Below are positions 26,387-34,259 of a stretch of DNA of 64,000 bases, piece by piece (positions within the stretch are counted from its first letter, which is position 1; every line of letters starts with the position of its first letter). The notes under the pieces were generated by a model that was given only the letters and a program-made list of their open reading frames with translations, ran no database searches and was not told where the DNA came from. Both the position numbers and the translations under genes were made by a program. The DNA lies in the NCBI GenBank assembly GCA_947085205.1, contig CAMTVO010000014.1, positions 17,946-81,945 of the forward strand, in the 5' to 3' direction. The stretch is from an uncultured Nitrospiraceae bacterium (GTDB taxonomy: Bacteria > Nitrospirota > Thermodesulfovibrionia > Thermodesulfovibrionales > Dissulfurispiraceae).

Positions 26387-28123
26387 CTATCTTCTTCCTG
26401 TCATGGCAATAAGCGTTTCGAGGAGTTCATCTGCAACGCTTATCAGCTTTGCCGAAGCCTGAAAAGCTTTTTGGTACTTAATCAGATTGGCGGCTTCTTC
26501 GTCCAGACTGACGCCCGAAACCTCCTGCCTTCTTCTTTCAAGCTCTTCAACGAGCGTGCTCTGAAATTTCATGTTTATTTTCGAGGAGCTTGCATCAACG
26601 CCGACATCAGAAACCATGGAGCGATAAAAATCGATAGGGATAGCGCCAGCAATAATCCTCTGATTAATTAAATCTGCTATCAACCTTGCATTTCTGTTAT
26701 CTCCTACACCTCCTGAGGGATCAGAAGGATCGGTCTGAGCCGCAGCCACCTTCTGAGGGTCGGTTATCGCTGTAGCCATATACTTAGCGGCATTGGAATT
26801 AAAGCTTATACCGAATTGTTCGGTGACTGTAGTTACTAAATCGCTCTGGTTGCCGTCTATTCTGATTTTTATTCCGCTGAACTCCAATGTCCTGTAATCA
26901 GGGATTGTAGAAGTATCAGATGAAAGAGTCACTGATAAAGGGTTAATCGTTGTCCATGTAGTTCCATCAGTAGATTCCTGAACACGCCAATAAATATCGG
27001 TTGCGCCTGCCTCTTCTTGCTGATAGCCTGCACCGCCTACGGTGTTATAGTCTATCCGGTACATTTTACCGAGATTGACTACGCTGATATTTGTAAAATC
27101 TATTCCTGCAACCGTTCCTCCAACTGCAGGGCTTGAATCCGTTATTGAATAAAGCTGCCGAAAGAAGTCATTTCCAGTTGAGTTATCCAGCCCGTATCCC
27201 TGCCTGTGATAATAGTTGACGGTAAAAGAGAGGTCTATAGCAAAGGCATTGAGCCTGTTCATTATGGAAAGTATATTCGTTTCCCTTAAGTCGAGGTTTG
27301 CCTTCAGTTCTCCGCCTGTTATATAGCTGTTTATCTCCCTCACTTCGCTCTCCAGATCCACATAAAAATGCATTGCATTTGCCGTGTCTGTAGTAACGCT
27401 CATTTTATAAGTCTTTCCGCCGTCGACAAGCGGAGTGCCGCCGATTAGAACCGAATACCTGCCAACATTATCCTCGAATGTCGAAACCTTAACTATCTCG
27501 TTTAATTTTTCAATGAGAAGGTCTCTTTGATCCTTTAAATCAAGCGCTCCAGGAACCGCTGCAATCTTATCGTTTAAATAAGCAATCTTGGCTGCAATGC
27601 TGTTTACCTCATTCACAAGGCTCTGGCTGCTCTTAAATATTTCAGTTCGTCCATCGTCGAGCATTGTATACGCCCCGCTTATGCGGCTGCTCATATATTC
27701 AGCCTTTTTTATCAATAAAGTCCTCTGCGCATATCCTTCCGGATTTTGAGCAACTTCCTGCCATGCATTAAAGAAATCTGTAATGGCTGTGCTAATGCCG
27801 GTGTCGGATGCCTCGTTGAATATATTCTCTATTTTGACAACACCCTTCTCATATGCATTCCAATAAGAAAGGTTCGATTTTTCGGTTCTTAACTGCAAGG
27901 TTAAAAAGGCGTCGTACATCCTTTTTACCTCTGTAATCCTGACGCCTCTTCCGGTTGTTCCTACAGCGGTTATATCTCCTGTAGGAATATTTTCGAGAAC
28001 AACATCCTGTCTCGTATAGCCGGGAGTTGCGGAATTGGCTACATTGTGAGCTATTGTATCGAGCGCCCTTCTATTCATTAAGAGAGCGGTTTTGCCGATA
28101 TCAAACAGGCCGAAACCGCCCAT
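26387..28123 (-). CDS. flgK: Flagellar hook-associated protein 1 (FlgK)
   Basis: N-terminal rod/hook motif IAHNVANSATPGYTRQ. C-terminal SGVSLDEEAANLIKYQKAFQASAK. Confidence 0.9.
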   Translation of the reverse strand: MGGFGLFDIGKTALLMNRRALDTIAHNVANSATPGYTRQDVVLENIPTGDITAVGTTGRGVRITEVKRMYDAFLTLQLRTEKSNLSYWNAYEKGVVKIENIFNEASDTGISTAITDFFNAWQEVAQNPEGYAQRTLLIKKAEYMSSRISGAYTMLDDGRTEIFKSSQSLVNEVNSIAAKIAYLNDKIAAVPGALDLKDQRDLLIEKLNEIVKVSTFEDNVGRYSVLIGGTPLVDGGKTYKMSVTTDTANAMHFYVDLESEVREINSYITGGELKANLDLRETNILSIMNRLNAFAIDLSFTVNYYHRQGYGLDNSTGNDFFRQLYSITDSSPAVGGTVAGIDFTNISVVNLGKMYRIDYNTVGGAGYQQEEAGATDIYWRVQESTDGTTWTTINPLSVTLSSDTSTIPDYRTLEFSGIKIRIDGNQSDLVTTVTEQFGISFNSNAAKYMATAITDPQKVAAAQTDPSDPSGGVGDNRNARLIADLINQRIIAGAIPIDFYRSMVSDVGVDASSSKINMKFQSTLVEELERRRQEVSGVSLDEEAANLIKYQKAFQASAKLISVADELLETLIAMTGRR

Positions 28124-28560
28124 TATGCCTCCACCGATATTTTCTGGCGTGGAGCGACATCAAAAGTATTAAGAAAATTGTACGAAGTCTTTATGTAATA
28201 CAGCGACTTTTCTATAAGTATGCTGTTAAATCTATTGAGCTCCGATATGCTGTTGATTATGGATTTAAATTTTGACGCTATATCGGTAAGCCTCTCTCTG
28301 TAACCGTTTTCCGCCATTTCAGCGACTTCAGATATGGTCTTGTTTTTAAAACCGATGGATTCAAGTATCTTTTCTCGCGTTTCGTCGCACACCTTTATCA
28401 TAGTCGTTACAGCCTCTTTTTCGCCCAACAGCGATTCGAGCGCTCTCGGGTCAAGGCTTACTATTACATCCTTTTCCTTCTGCAAGAGTTCGACCAGTTG
28501 AGTGCACAGGGAAAACTCCTTTTCCAGCACATCGATTAAGTCTTCATATAATTGAGTCAA
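28123..28560 (-). CDS. flgN: FlgN-like flagellar export chaperone
   Basis: 145-aa helical protein between flgM and flgK. N-terminus resembles the FlgN family. TTG start, uncertain. Confidence 0.6.
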   Translation of the reverse strand: MTQLYEDLIDVLEKEFSLCTQLVELLQKEKDVIVSLDPRALESLLGEKEAVTTMIKVCDETREKILESIGFKNKTISEVAEMAENGYRERLTDIASKFKSIINSISELNRFNSILIEKSLYYIKTSYNFLNTFDVAPRQKISVEA

Positions 28561-28837
28561 TGATAGCCTCCTTTAGAAGTTTGCCTGCTACCGCCTCGCC
28601 TCTGACATTATAGATGCCGGCGTTGATAGCATTTTTTATCTCATCTACACGGTCCGTCCTTATCTCAGGTAGTTTGCTGACCTCCACCTGCAGCCTGCCA
28701 ATCTCTTTGGCCTTTTCAGAGACCGTTACATGGTCCTTGGATAAAACCTCCTCCGACCTTTCCCCTGCCTTTTCCTTTGCCTTGTCGGGCTTCTGAAAAT
28801 TCGGCCCTACAACATCAATCTTGTCTGTTATTCTCAT
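28544..28837 (-). CDS. flgM: Anti-sigma-28 factor FlgM
   Basis: 97 aa. C-terminal RTDRVDEIKNAINAGIYNV...AGKLL, typical of FlgM. SD AAGGAGG. Confidence 0.75.
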   Translation of the reverse strand: MRITDKIDVVGPNFQKPDKAKEKAGERSEEVLSKDHVTVSEKAKEIGRLQVEVSKLPEIRTDRVDEIKNAINAGIYNVRGEAVAGKLLKEAIIDSII

Positions 28838-28878
28838 CTCTCAAATCCTCCTTTTGCGTTTATTGCGCTATAACTATT

Positions 28879-28905
28879 ATATCGGAGGATTTAACTAAAA
28901 ATTAA
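28879..28905 (-). promoter_or_regulatory. Weak sigma28-like promoter candidate upstream of flgM
   Basis: Minus strand reads TTAA-N15-TCCGATAT, a partial match to TAAA-N15-GCCGATAA. It lies ~40 nt upstream of ATG 28837. Confidence 0.3.
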
Positions 28906-29648
28906 CCAATCATGCCTGCCGGGTCCACCGGAATCCCGTTTTTCCTTAACTCGAAATGAAGATGATGGCCTGTCGACCTTCCGGTTGAGCCTGACAGCGC
29001 AATTACTTTCCTTTCGTCTACGGTGTCTCCTGTTTTTACAAGATTTATTGAATTGTGCGCATAAAGACTGCTCAGTCCATTTTCATGTTCAACAATCACA
29101 GTGTTGCCGTAACCTGCTGAAAAACCGCTGAAAACAACCCTACCTGGCGCTGACGATATTACCGGAGAGCCTTCCGGCATAGCTATATCCACTCCGTTAT
29201 GGTGTTTAAGCCGTCCGTCGATAGGGTCGTGCCTTAGGCCATACCCTGAGGTTATTTTAGCTTCCGCAGGAAGTCTCAACTTTAGTTCAGAGCTTAGAGT
29301 TACCCCCCAATTCCCCCCCTTAGTAATGAGGGGATTAGAGGGGGGGGTAATTGGCTCGTTACTACCGGAAAATGGAGTTCTCAAAAAGAAATCGCCTATG
29401 CCTATCCCTCTGTCTGCTAAGGATTTGGCCATTTCAGAGGTTATGTAAGGCATATAAGTAGAAATAGTCCTGTCTTTACCGAAAGATGTCTGTTCCATCA
29501 TTATCTTCAGGAACTCGTTCAAAAAAACGGTTTCCACCTGTTTTGCCATTGCCTTCGGGTCAGACGAGTTCTGAGTTCGGAGTTCGGAGTTGAGAGCTTT
29601 TAACTCCTGACCGCTGACCGCTGACTGCTGACTGCCGACTATCTTCAC
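28902..29648 (-). CDS. flgJ: FlgJ-like protein: rod-binding domain fused to an M23 peptidase domain
   Basis: Rod-binding segment QVETVFLNEFLKIMMEQ. C-terminal HNGVDIA, GNTVIVEH, STGRSTGHHLHFEL. GTG start overlaps the flgI stop (GTGA). An internal ATG (MAKQ) is an alternative start. Confidence 0.75.
   Translation of the reverse strand: MKIVGSQQSAVSGQELKALNSELRTQNSSDPKAMAKQVETVFLNEFLKIMMEQTSFGKDRTISTYMPYITSEMAKSLADRGIGIGDFFLRTPFSGSNEPITPPSNPLITKGGNWGVTLSSELKLRLPAEAKITSGYGLRHDPIDGRLKHHNGVDIAMPEGSPVISSAPGRVVFSGFSAGYGNTVIVEHENGLSSLYAHNSINLVKTGDTVDERKVIALSGSTGRSTGHHLHFELRKNGIPVDPAGMIG
29301..29353. repeat. Nested C-run/G-run palindromic element inside flgJ (contains a G8 tract at 29339-29346)
   Basis: TACCCCCCAATTCCCCCCTT...GAGGGGATTAGAGGGGGGGGTAATTGG. 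Encodes PITPPSNPLITKGGNWGV. Confidence 0.8.
29566..29640. repeat. Two heptamer arrays (GAGTTCG-type x4; CTGACCG/CTGACTG x4-5) in the flgJ 5' region
   Basis: Arrays at 29566-29596 and 29607-29640. Confidence 0.85.
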
Positions 29649-30784
29649 ATTATCACCAATTCTGCCTTCAAGCTTCCGGCAGCTTTAATTGCTTGCAATA
29701 TCGCCACCATATCCTTGGGTGTTACGCCTAAGACATTAAACGCTTTAACCAGTTCACCGATTGTTGCCCCTTTCACCTCCACCATGGGCGCCTTTTTCTC
29801 CTCTGCCTTTATTTCTACTTTTGGGACAATTACTGTTTCAGCTGTGGGAGGGGCAAAAGGAGGAGGTTGAACAACCTCGTATTCAACCTTAATCTCTATG
29901 GCAAGTCCCCCATGCGCAAGGGCGATTGGACTGATTTTTACATTTTCACCTATGACAACTGTACCTGTCCTCTCATTGATAACAACCCTTGCAGGCATAT
30001 CCACATCTACATTTATAAGTTCGATTTTCGACATCAAATCAACTACCCTGTTTGTATAGGTATCCGGAACTTTTATGGAAATAACCGAAGGGCCTTCAGC
30101 CTTAGCGAAACTTCCACCGAGAATGTCGTTTATTCCATCGGTTATTTTCTTGGCAGTCGTAATGTCCTGAACGGTCAATAAAAGGTCTAATCTCTGTTTC
30201 TCGTTTAACTGCACAGGGACCTCTTTTTCGACAATAGCGCCATTAGGGATAGCGCCGACATTCGGATGATTCTTGATTACCTGTGCACCTGTTCCACCAG
30301 CCACAAATCCGCCAATAGATACAGGGCCTTGTGCAACAGCATAAACATTACCATCTGGCCCCTTTAGAGGCGCCATTAAAAGCGTCCCACCCTGAAGGCT
30401 CTTTGCATCGCCGATGGACGATACCTGAACGTCGACCTTAGAGCCCGGCTTTACCATTGTAGGCAGTTTTGCAGTAACTATTACCGCAGCTATGTTCTTT
30501 GTCTTTCCCTTTATATCTGCGGCATTCACGCTGATTCCCATTCTTGTAAGCATATTTGCAAACGGCTGGAATATGTATGTCCCGTCCTTATCGCCGGTGC
30601 CGTTGAGTCCGACAACAATTCCGTATCCGATAAGTTCGTTCTCCCTTATTCCGGAAAATGCGGCGATATCCTTAATCCTCTCGGCATGAACGACAGTGAA
30701 CAGTGAACAGTTAATAGTGAATAGTAAAAAACAGAAAAAAACAGTTCGTTGCATTTTTTTAAGATACTCAGTTTTCCGGTTCAT
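29645..30784 (-). CDS. flgI: Flagellar P-ring protein FlgI
   Basis: Full-length FlgI pattern (RIKDIA...RENELIGYG.VVGL.GTGD). Signal peptide ends VHA|E. SD AAGGAG. Confidence 0.95.
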   Translation of the reverse strand: MNRKTEYLKKMQRTVFFCFLLFTINCSLFTVVHAERIKDIAAFSGIRENELIGYGIVVGLNGTGDKDGTYIFQPFANMLTRMGISVNAADIKGKTKNIAAVIVTAKLPTMVKPGSKVDVQVSSIGDAKSLQGGTLLMAPLKGPDGNVYAVAQGPVSIGGFVAGGTGAQVIKNHPNVGAIPNGAIVEKEVPVQLNEKQRLDLLLTVQDITTAKKITDGINDILGGSFAKAEGPSVISIKVPDTYTNRVVDLMSKIELINVDVDMPARVVINERTGTVVIGENVKISPIALAHGGLAIEIKVEYEVVQPPPFAPPTAETVIVPKVEIKAEEKKAPMVEVKGATIGELVKAFNVLGVTPKDMVAILQAIKAAGSLKAELVIM

Positions 30785-30837
30785 CCCTTATACTCCTTTC
30801 TATTACTGTTCACTAAGCACTTTACACTATTCACTGC
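30694..30837. repeat. Inverted CAGTGAA-type arrays flanking the flgI start codon
   Basis: Coding arm 30694-30728 and 5' UTR arm 30803-30837 (TTCACTG orientation). About 29 of 39 positions are complementary by eye. Confidence 0.75.
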
Positions 30838-30839
30838 CG

Positions 30840-31568
30840 TTAAAACGGCCATACCTTGTCCAAAAATCTCACAAGCCAGCCCTGCGACTGCTTGTCATCC
30901 AAAACACCGTCGCCGACAAAGTATATCTGGGCGTCTGCTATATACTGTGACAGGACTGTATTATTCGGCGATATATCATCAGGCCTCACAATGCCCTTCA
31001 ATACGAGTATCTCTTTTTCATTGTTCACGACTACCTCTTTTCTCGACTCGAGCACCAGATTGGAATTGGGCAGAACCTCCACAACCTTTGCCGTTACAGT
31101 GCCTGTAAGTTTTCCCTCTCTCGTGGTATCGCCTTTTCCTTTAAAGTCAGACTTCCCCTTTCCCTCGACAGACGGAGAAAACACATTTGCCCCTTTGTAA
31201 AATCCGCCTAACATAGGGAGTTTATCTACGCCAAAGTCAGTATTCATCCCAAAAAAATTGTCCAGTCCGTAATCAGCGGATGAATCACGGCTGGCATTGG
31301 TGGTAGCCTTTTTAGAAGCGGTCGATTTTTCATTGATTAATATTGTCACAAGGTCATTTACCCTCTTAGCCCTTCTGTCCTCAAAAAGCGAAGCGCTGTC
31401 CTTCCATAAAGAACCTTCTGATGAGGATGCCTCTTTTTCCTTTGTTTCGACATATCTCGGCGGCATAGGAGCATTTTTTATATCGCGCGCGTCCTTGAGA
31501 CCGGAACAACCAATTAATACAGTGAACAGTGAACAGTGAACAGTGAACAGTAATATAGTGCGAATCAT
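30840..31568 (-). CDS. flgH: Flagellar L-ring lipoprotein FlgH
   Basis: Lipobox LIGC, GSLW, RAKRVNDLVTI, GKG.T..EG.LTG.VTA.V motifs. Confidence 0.95.
   Translation of the reverse strand: MIRTILLFTVHCSLFTVLIGCSGLKDARDIKNAPMPPRYVETKEKEASSSEGSLWKDSASLFEDRRAKRVNDLVTILINEKSTASKKATTNASRDSSADYGLDNFFGMNTDFGVDKLPMLGGFYKGANVFSPSVEGKGKSDFKGKGDTTREGKLTGTVTAKVVEVLPNSNLVLESRKEVVVNNEKEILVLKGIVRPDDISPNNTVLSQYIADAQIYFVGDGVLDDKQSQGWLVRFLDKVWPF
31520..31554. repeat. Heptamer array CAGTGAA x4 perfect (+CAGTAAT) in the flgH signal-peptide codons
   Basis: Read directly. Confidence 0.95.
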
Positions 31569-32320
31569 ATCTTTACCCTCACTGTATCAGGCGATGTAAG
31601 AATTCCGCTCACCTCTTTTTTGGACACATCGCATGAAACCTTTGCCGTACCGCCCATTACGGCGTCATTTTTGAGCGATCCCTGAGTTGTTATAACCACG
31701 TTGCCTCCTTCGACCACAACATTAACCCTCTGTCCCCTTTTAATGCTCAACTGGGTTGTTAGATGATCGCTCCTTAAAATAACCCCTTGTCCTATGTTCG
31801 TCTTAAGCGCTTTTCCTTCCAAATCGTTCATGCTCAACACTGCGCCTGCCGGCAGTCTCGAACTCTTCTGCTTTACGATATAAAAATCGTCAGCGCTCAG
31901 CGTAGTTCCTTTTACAAGAGGCCTTGAGGTTATGAACACATCCACAAGCACATTGTAAGATGCTTCGACAATTATACTTTTCGTCTCAATCTTCCTGTTT
32001 TTAAGACCGACTGAAAAATGAGCCTTATTGCGTCCTGCATATCCGTTCATAACTGCATTGGCAACCGTATACCCATCCGGGCTTTTTAAGACATCCGCCC
32101 CTGAGATTACTCTCAGTCCATTAACTTCGACATCTCCTGAAACAGACTTCTTCAGTTCATTCAATACTGCCTTTTTAACCGCATCCATCAATTCGACTTG
32201 AGCATAGGACTCGGTTATAGTAAGCAGTAAGCAGTAAGCAGTAAGCAGTAATATAGCAACAAGTAACGAATAACGAGTTTTTTGACTTCCGACTCTTGAT
32301 GCTTGACGCTCGACGCTCAT
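31565..32320 (-). CDS. flgA: Flagellar basal-body P-ring formation chaperone FlgA
   Basis: C-terminal SAF/ChapFlgA pattern (IKRGQRVNVV...G..V...G.....G..G..V.V). Signal peptide. SD GAGGAG. Confidence 0.85.
   Translation of the reverse strand: MSVERQASRVGSQKTRYSLLVAILLLTAYCLLLTITESYAQVELMDAVKKAVLNELKKSVSGDVEVNGLRVISGADVLKSPDGYTVANAVMNGYAGRNKAHFSVGLKNRKIETKSIIVEASYNVLVDVFITSRPLVKGTTLSADDFYIVKQKSSRLPAGAVLSMNDLEGKALKTNIGQGVILRSDHLTTQLSIKRGQRVNVVVEGGNVVITTQGSLKNDAVMGGTAKVSCDVSKKEVSGILTSPDTVRVKI
32218..32318. repeat. Three arrays (CAGTAAG x3 perfect + 2 degenerate; GTAACGA x2; GACGCTC-type x5) in the flgA 5' coding region
   Basis: Arrays at 32218-32252, 32263-32277 and 32284-32318. Confidence 0.9.
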
Positions 32321-32324
32321 TTTA

Positions 32325-33113
32325 TTATCTCCTCAGTGCACTGGCAGTCTGGAGCATTTCATCAGACGCCTGCACCGCCTTTGAGTTAAGGTCAAATGCC
32401 CTTTGAGCGATTATGAGATTAGCCAGCTCTTCAACAACATTGACATTTGACATCTCCACAAAGCCTTGATTTATAGAGCCTCGGCCTTCAGTGCCGGGTG
32501 TGCCGGTGGCAGCCTCTCCTGAAGCATCGGTGGCGAGGAAGAGATTCTTGCCCAATGCAAGAAGACCTGCTGGGTTTACGAATCGCGCTGTCTCTATCGT
32601 GCCTATTTCAACAGGCGTAGTGCTTCCTGCCTGCAATACAGTTACTCGACCGTCGGAGCCTACGGTGATTTTAGTTGTGTCGGCAGGAATGGTAATAGCA
32701 GGCTCAAGGGGATAACCGTCGGAGTTTACAATCCTACCGTCCCTGTCGAGTTTTAATGCTCCGGCCCTCGTGTATGCTATTGTTCCGTCAGGCCTTGTAA
32801 CCTGAAAAAAGCCGTCGCCTTCTATAACAAGGTCGAGGTCATTACCGGTATTTATAAAGTCGCCTTGCGTAAAGAGCTTCTGGACAGCAACAGGCTTAAC
32901 TCCGAGACCAATCTGTATTCCAGACGGTATCTGGACTCCTTCTCCTGATGGTGCGCCGGGAGCCTTTATTGTCTGATAAAGCAAATCCTGAAAATCCGCT
33001 CTGCTCCTTTTAAAGCCTACTGTGTTCACATTTGCAAGATTGTTTGCTATAACATCCACATTTAAGCTCTGTGCATGCATGCCTGTTGCTGCGGTAAAAA
33101 GCGATCTTATCAT
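32325..33113 (-). CDS. flgG: Flagellar distal rod protein FlgG
   Basis: [12 protein letters not shown]....[18 protein letters not shown]-terminus. C-terminal [24 protein letters not shown]. Confidence 0.95.
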   Translation of the reverse strand: MIRSLFTAATGMHAQSLNVDVIANNLANVNTVGFKRSRADFQDLLYQTIKAPGAPSGEGVQIPSGIQIGLGVKPVAVQKLFTQGDFINTGNDLDLVIEGDGFFQVTRPDGTIAYTRAGALKLDRDGRIVNSDGYPLEPAITIPADTTKITVGSDGRVTVLQAGSTTPVEIGTIETARFVNPAGLLALGKNLFLATDASGEAATGTPGTEGRGSINQGFVEMSNVNVVEELANLIIAQRAFDLNSKAVQASDEMLQTASALRR

Positions 33114-33122
33114 CTTACCCCC

Positions 33123-33842
33123 TTATATTTTTGCAATCTCAGAAACAGCCCTCTGGGAAAGCTCCTCGAAGCTCTTAATAACCTTCTGGGCTGTTTCGTA
33201 TTGCCTCAATGCAGTTATTATGCCGACCATTTCACGAATCGGATTCACATTCGACATCTCGATGCCGCCCTGAATTATCTCGCCTTTAGATGCGCCTGCT
33301 TCATTTCCGGAAAAGAGAGAATCTCCGGCATGCTCTATGTTATTCAGATTTATCAGTTTGAGCTTGGCTGCTATATTGCCGTTCATGTATATATTGCCGT
33401 CAGGAGCGATGTTGACGCTTTTACCCTCGATTCTTATGGGTTTATTCGCCGTATCCAGCGCTTTCTGTCCGTTTGCTGTAACCAGAAATCCGTCTTTATT
33501 CATGCTGAAAGAGCCGTTCCTGGTGTAATAGGTCTTGTCATGCCCCTCAATTGCAAAAAAGCCCTCGCCTTTAATTGCAAGGTCGAGCGGATTGCCGGTA
33601 GTCTTTATATTCCCTTCAGAGGTATCGATATGGTACTTACCGTAATAAGCCATAGCCCTCGCATCGGGATAGACAGCTTTCTGTTCCTGCGGTACGCCTT
33701 CCAATAATGGATACAGACGGGAAGAAAACGATGTCCTCTTATAGCCCGCTGTGCTGACATTCGCCAAATTATTGGCGACACTGTCCAGTTCTCGACTTCT
33801 CAGCACCGCCCCTGTCATTGCTATGTATATGCCTTTGTACAT
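33123..33842 (-). CDS. flgF: Flagellar proximal rod protein FlgF
   Basis: Rod-family N-terminus (ANNLANVSTAGYK) and C-terminus (SNVNPIREMVGIITALRQYE). Directly upstream of flgG. Confidence 0.85.
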   Translation of the reverse strand: MYKGIYIAMTGAVLRSRELDSVANNLANVSTAGYKRTSFSSRLYPLLEGVPQEQKAVYPDARAMAYYGKYHIDTSEGNIKTTGNPLDLAIKGEGFFAIEGHDKTYYTRNGSFSMNKDGFLVTANGQKALDTANKPIRIEGKSVNIAPDGNIYMNGNIAAKLKLINLNNIEHAGDSLFSGNEAGASKGEIIQGGIEMSNVNPIREMVGIITALRQYETAQKVIKSFEELSQRAVSEIAKI

Positions 33843-33899
33843 TCAACCGTCCTTCTTTTAAGAGTTTTATTTAAAATTTTATTTAATATTTAATAACAA

Positions 33900-33914
33900 G
33901 CAATATTGATGCCA
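33900..33914 (-). promoter_or_regulatory. Sigma54 (-24/-12) promoter upstream of flgF
   Basis: Minus strand reads TGGCAT-caata-TTGCT, which fits TGGCAC-N5-TTGCW. It lies ~57 nt upstream of ATG 33842, immediately downstream of an inverted repeat array. Confidence 0.7.
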
Positions 33915-33919
33915 GAATT

Positions 33920-34005
33920 GCGTTATAACGTGCAGCGTTGAGAGTTATAGTGAAAATAATAAAAAAACGCCATGACGCAATAAACGCTATAACTCATGAC
34001 GCTAT
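33920..34005. repeat. Inverted pair of GCGTTATA/TATAACGC-type arrays between the micro-ORF and the flgF promoter
   Basis: Arms at ~33920-33952 and ~33967-34005, with an A/T-rich loop. Confidence 0.8.
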
Positions 34006-34037
34006 CTGGTGGGAAAATTTTTCCTGAGGTAGGAAAA

Positions 34038-34220
34038 TTATACCTCTATGTCTATTCCTTCTCTTTTTTCTTCGCCTGATTTTTTGGGGAGTTCTTTCTC
34101 TTCTTTGGGAGGCTTCTTTGCCTTGCGCTCTACTCTCGTCTTCGGAAACACATGTTCCGCTCCTATGCCGCGTATGCCTGCGACCCTGTAAAGCTCTCTT
34201 ATGCCGTCATCGTCTGCCAT
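34038..34220 (-). CDS. Hypothetical 60-aa basic protein, transcribed from a consensus sigma28 promoter (possibly leaderless)
   Basis: ATG 34220 lies 11 nt downstream of the -10 element GCCGATAA, with no SD. The product is Lys/Glu-rich and no family was recognised. Coding status is uncertain and it could be an sRNA. Confidence 0.4.
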   Translation of the reverse strand: MADDDGIRELYRVAGIRGIGAEHVFPKTRVERKAKKPPKEEKELPKKSGEEKREGIDIEV

Positions 34221-34231
34221 CTTAATTTTTT

Positions 34232-34258
34232 TTATCGGCAGGAACTTGATTTTCTTTA
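34232..34258 (-). promoter_or_regulatory. Sigma28 (FliA) promoter
   Basis: Minus strand reads TAAA-gaaaatcaagttcct-GCCGATAA, an exact match to TAAA-N15-GCCGATAA. It starts just after the HDOD stop codon, and the -10 element ends 11 nt before ATG 34220. Confidence 0.75.
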
Positions 34259-34259
34259 G

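Noticed and set aside
33075-33707. 210-aa plus-strand ORF, together with similar long plus-strand ORFs at 37556-38200, 38799-39446, 39518-40021, 5879-6412 and 43641-44135
   Set aside because: All lie antisense to well-supported minus-strand genes (flgF, MCPs, cheB, moeA, cheW-cheZ). Their products are low-complexity, with no recognisable motifs or SD sequences. They are shadow ORFs.
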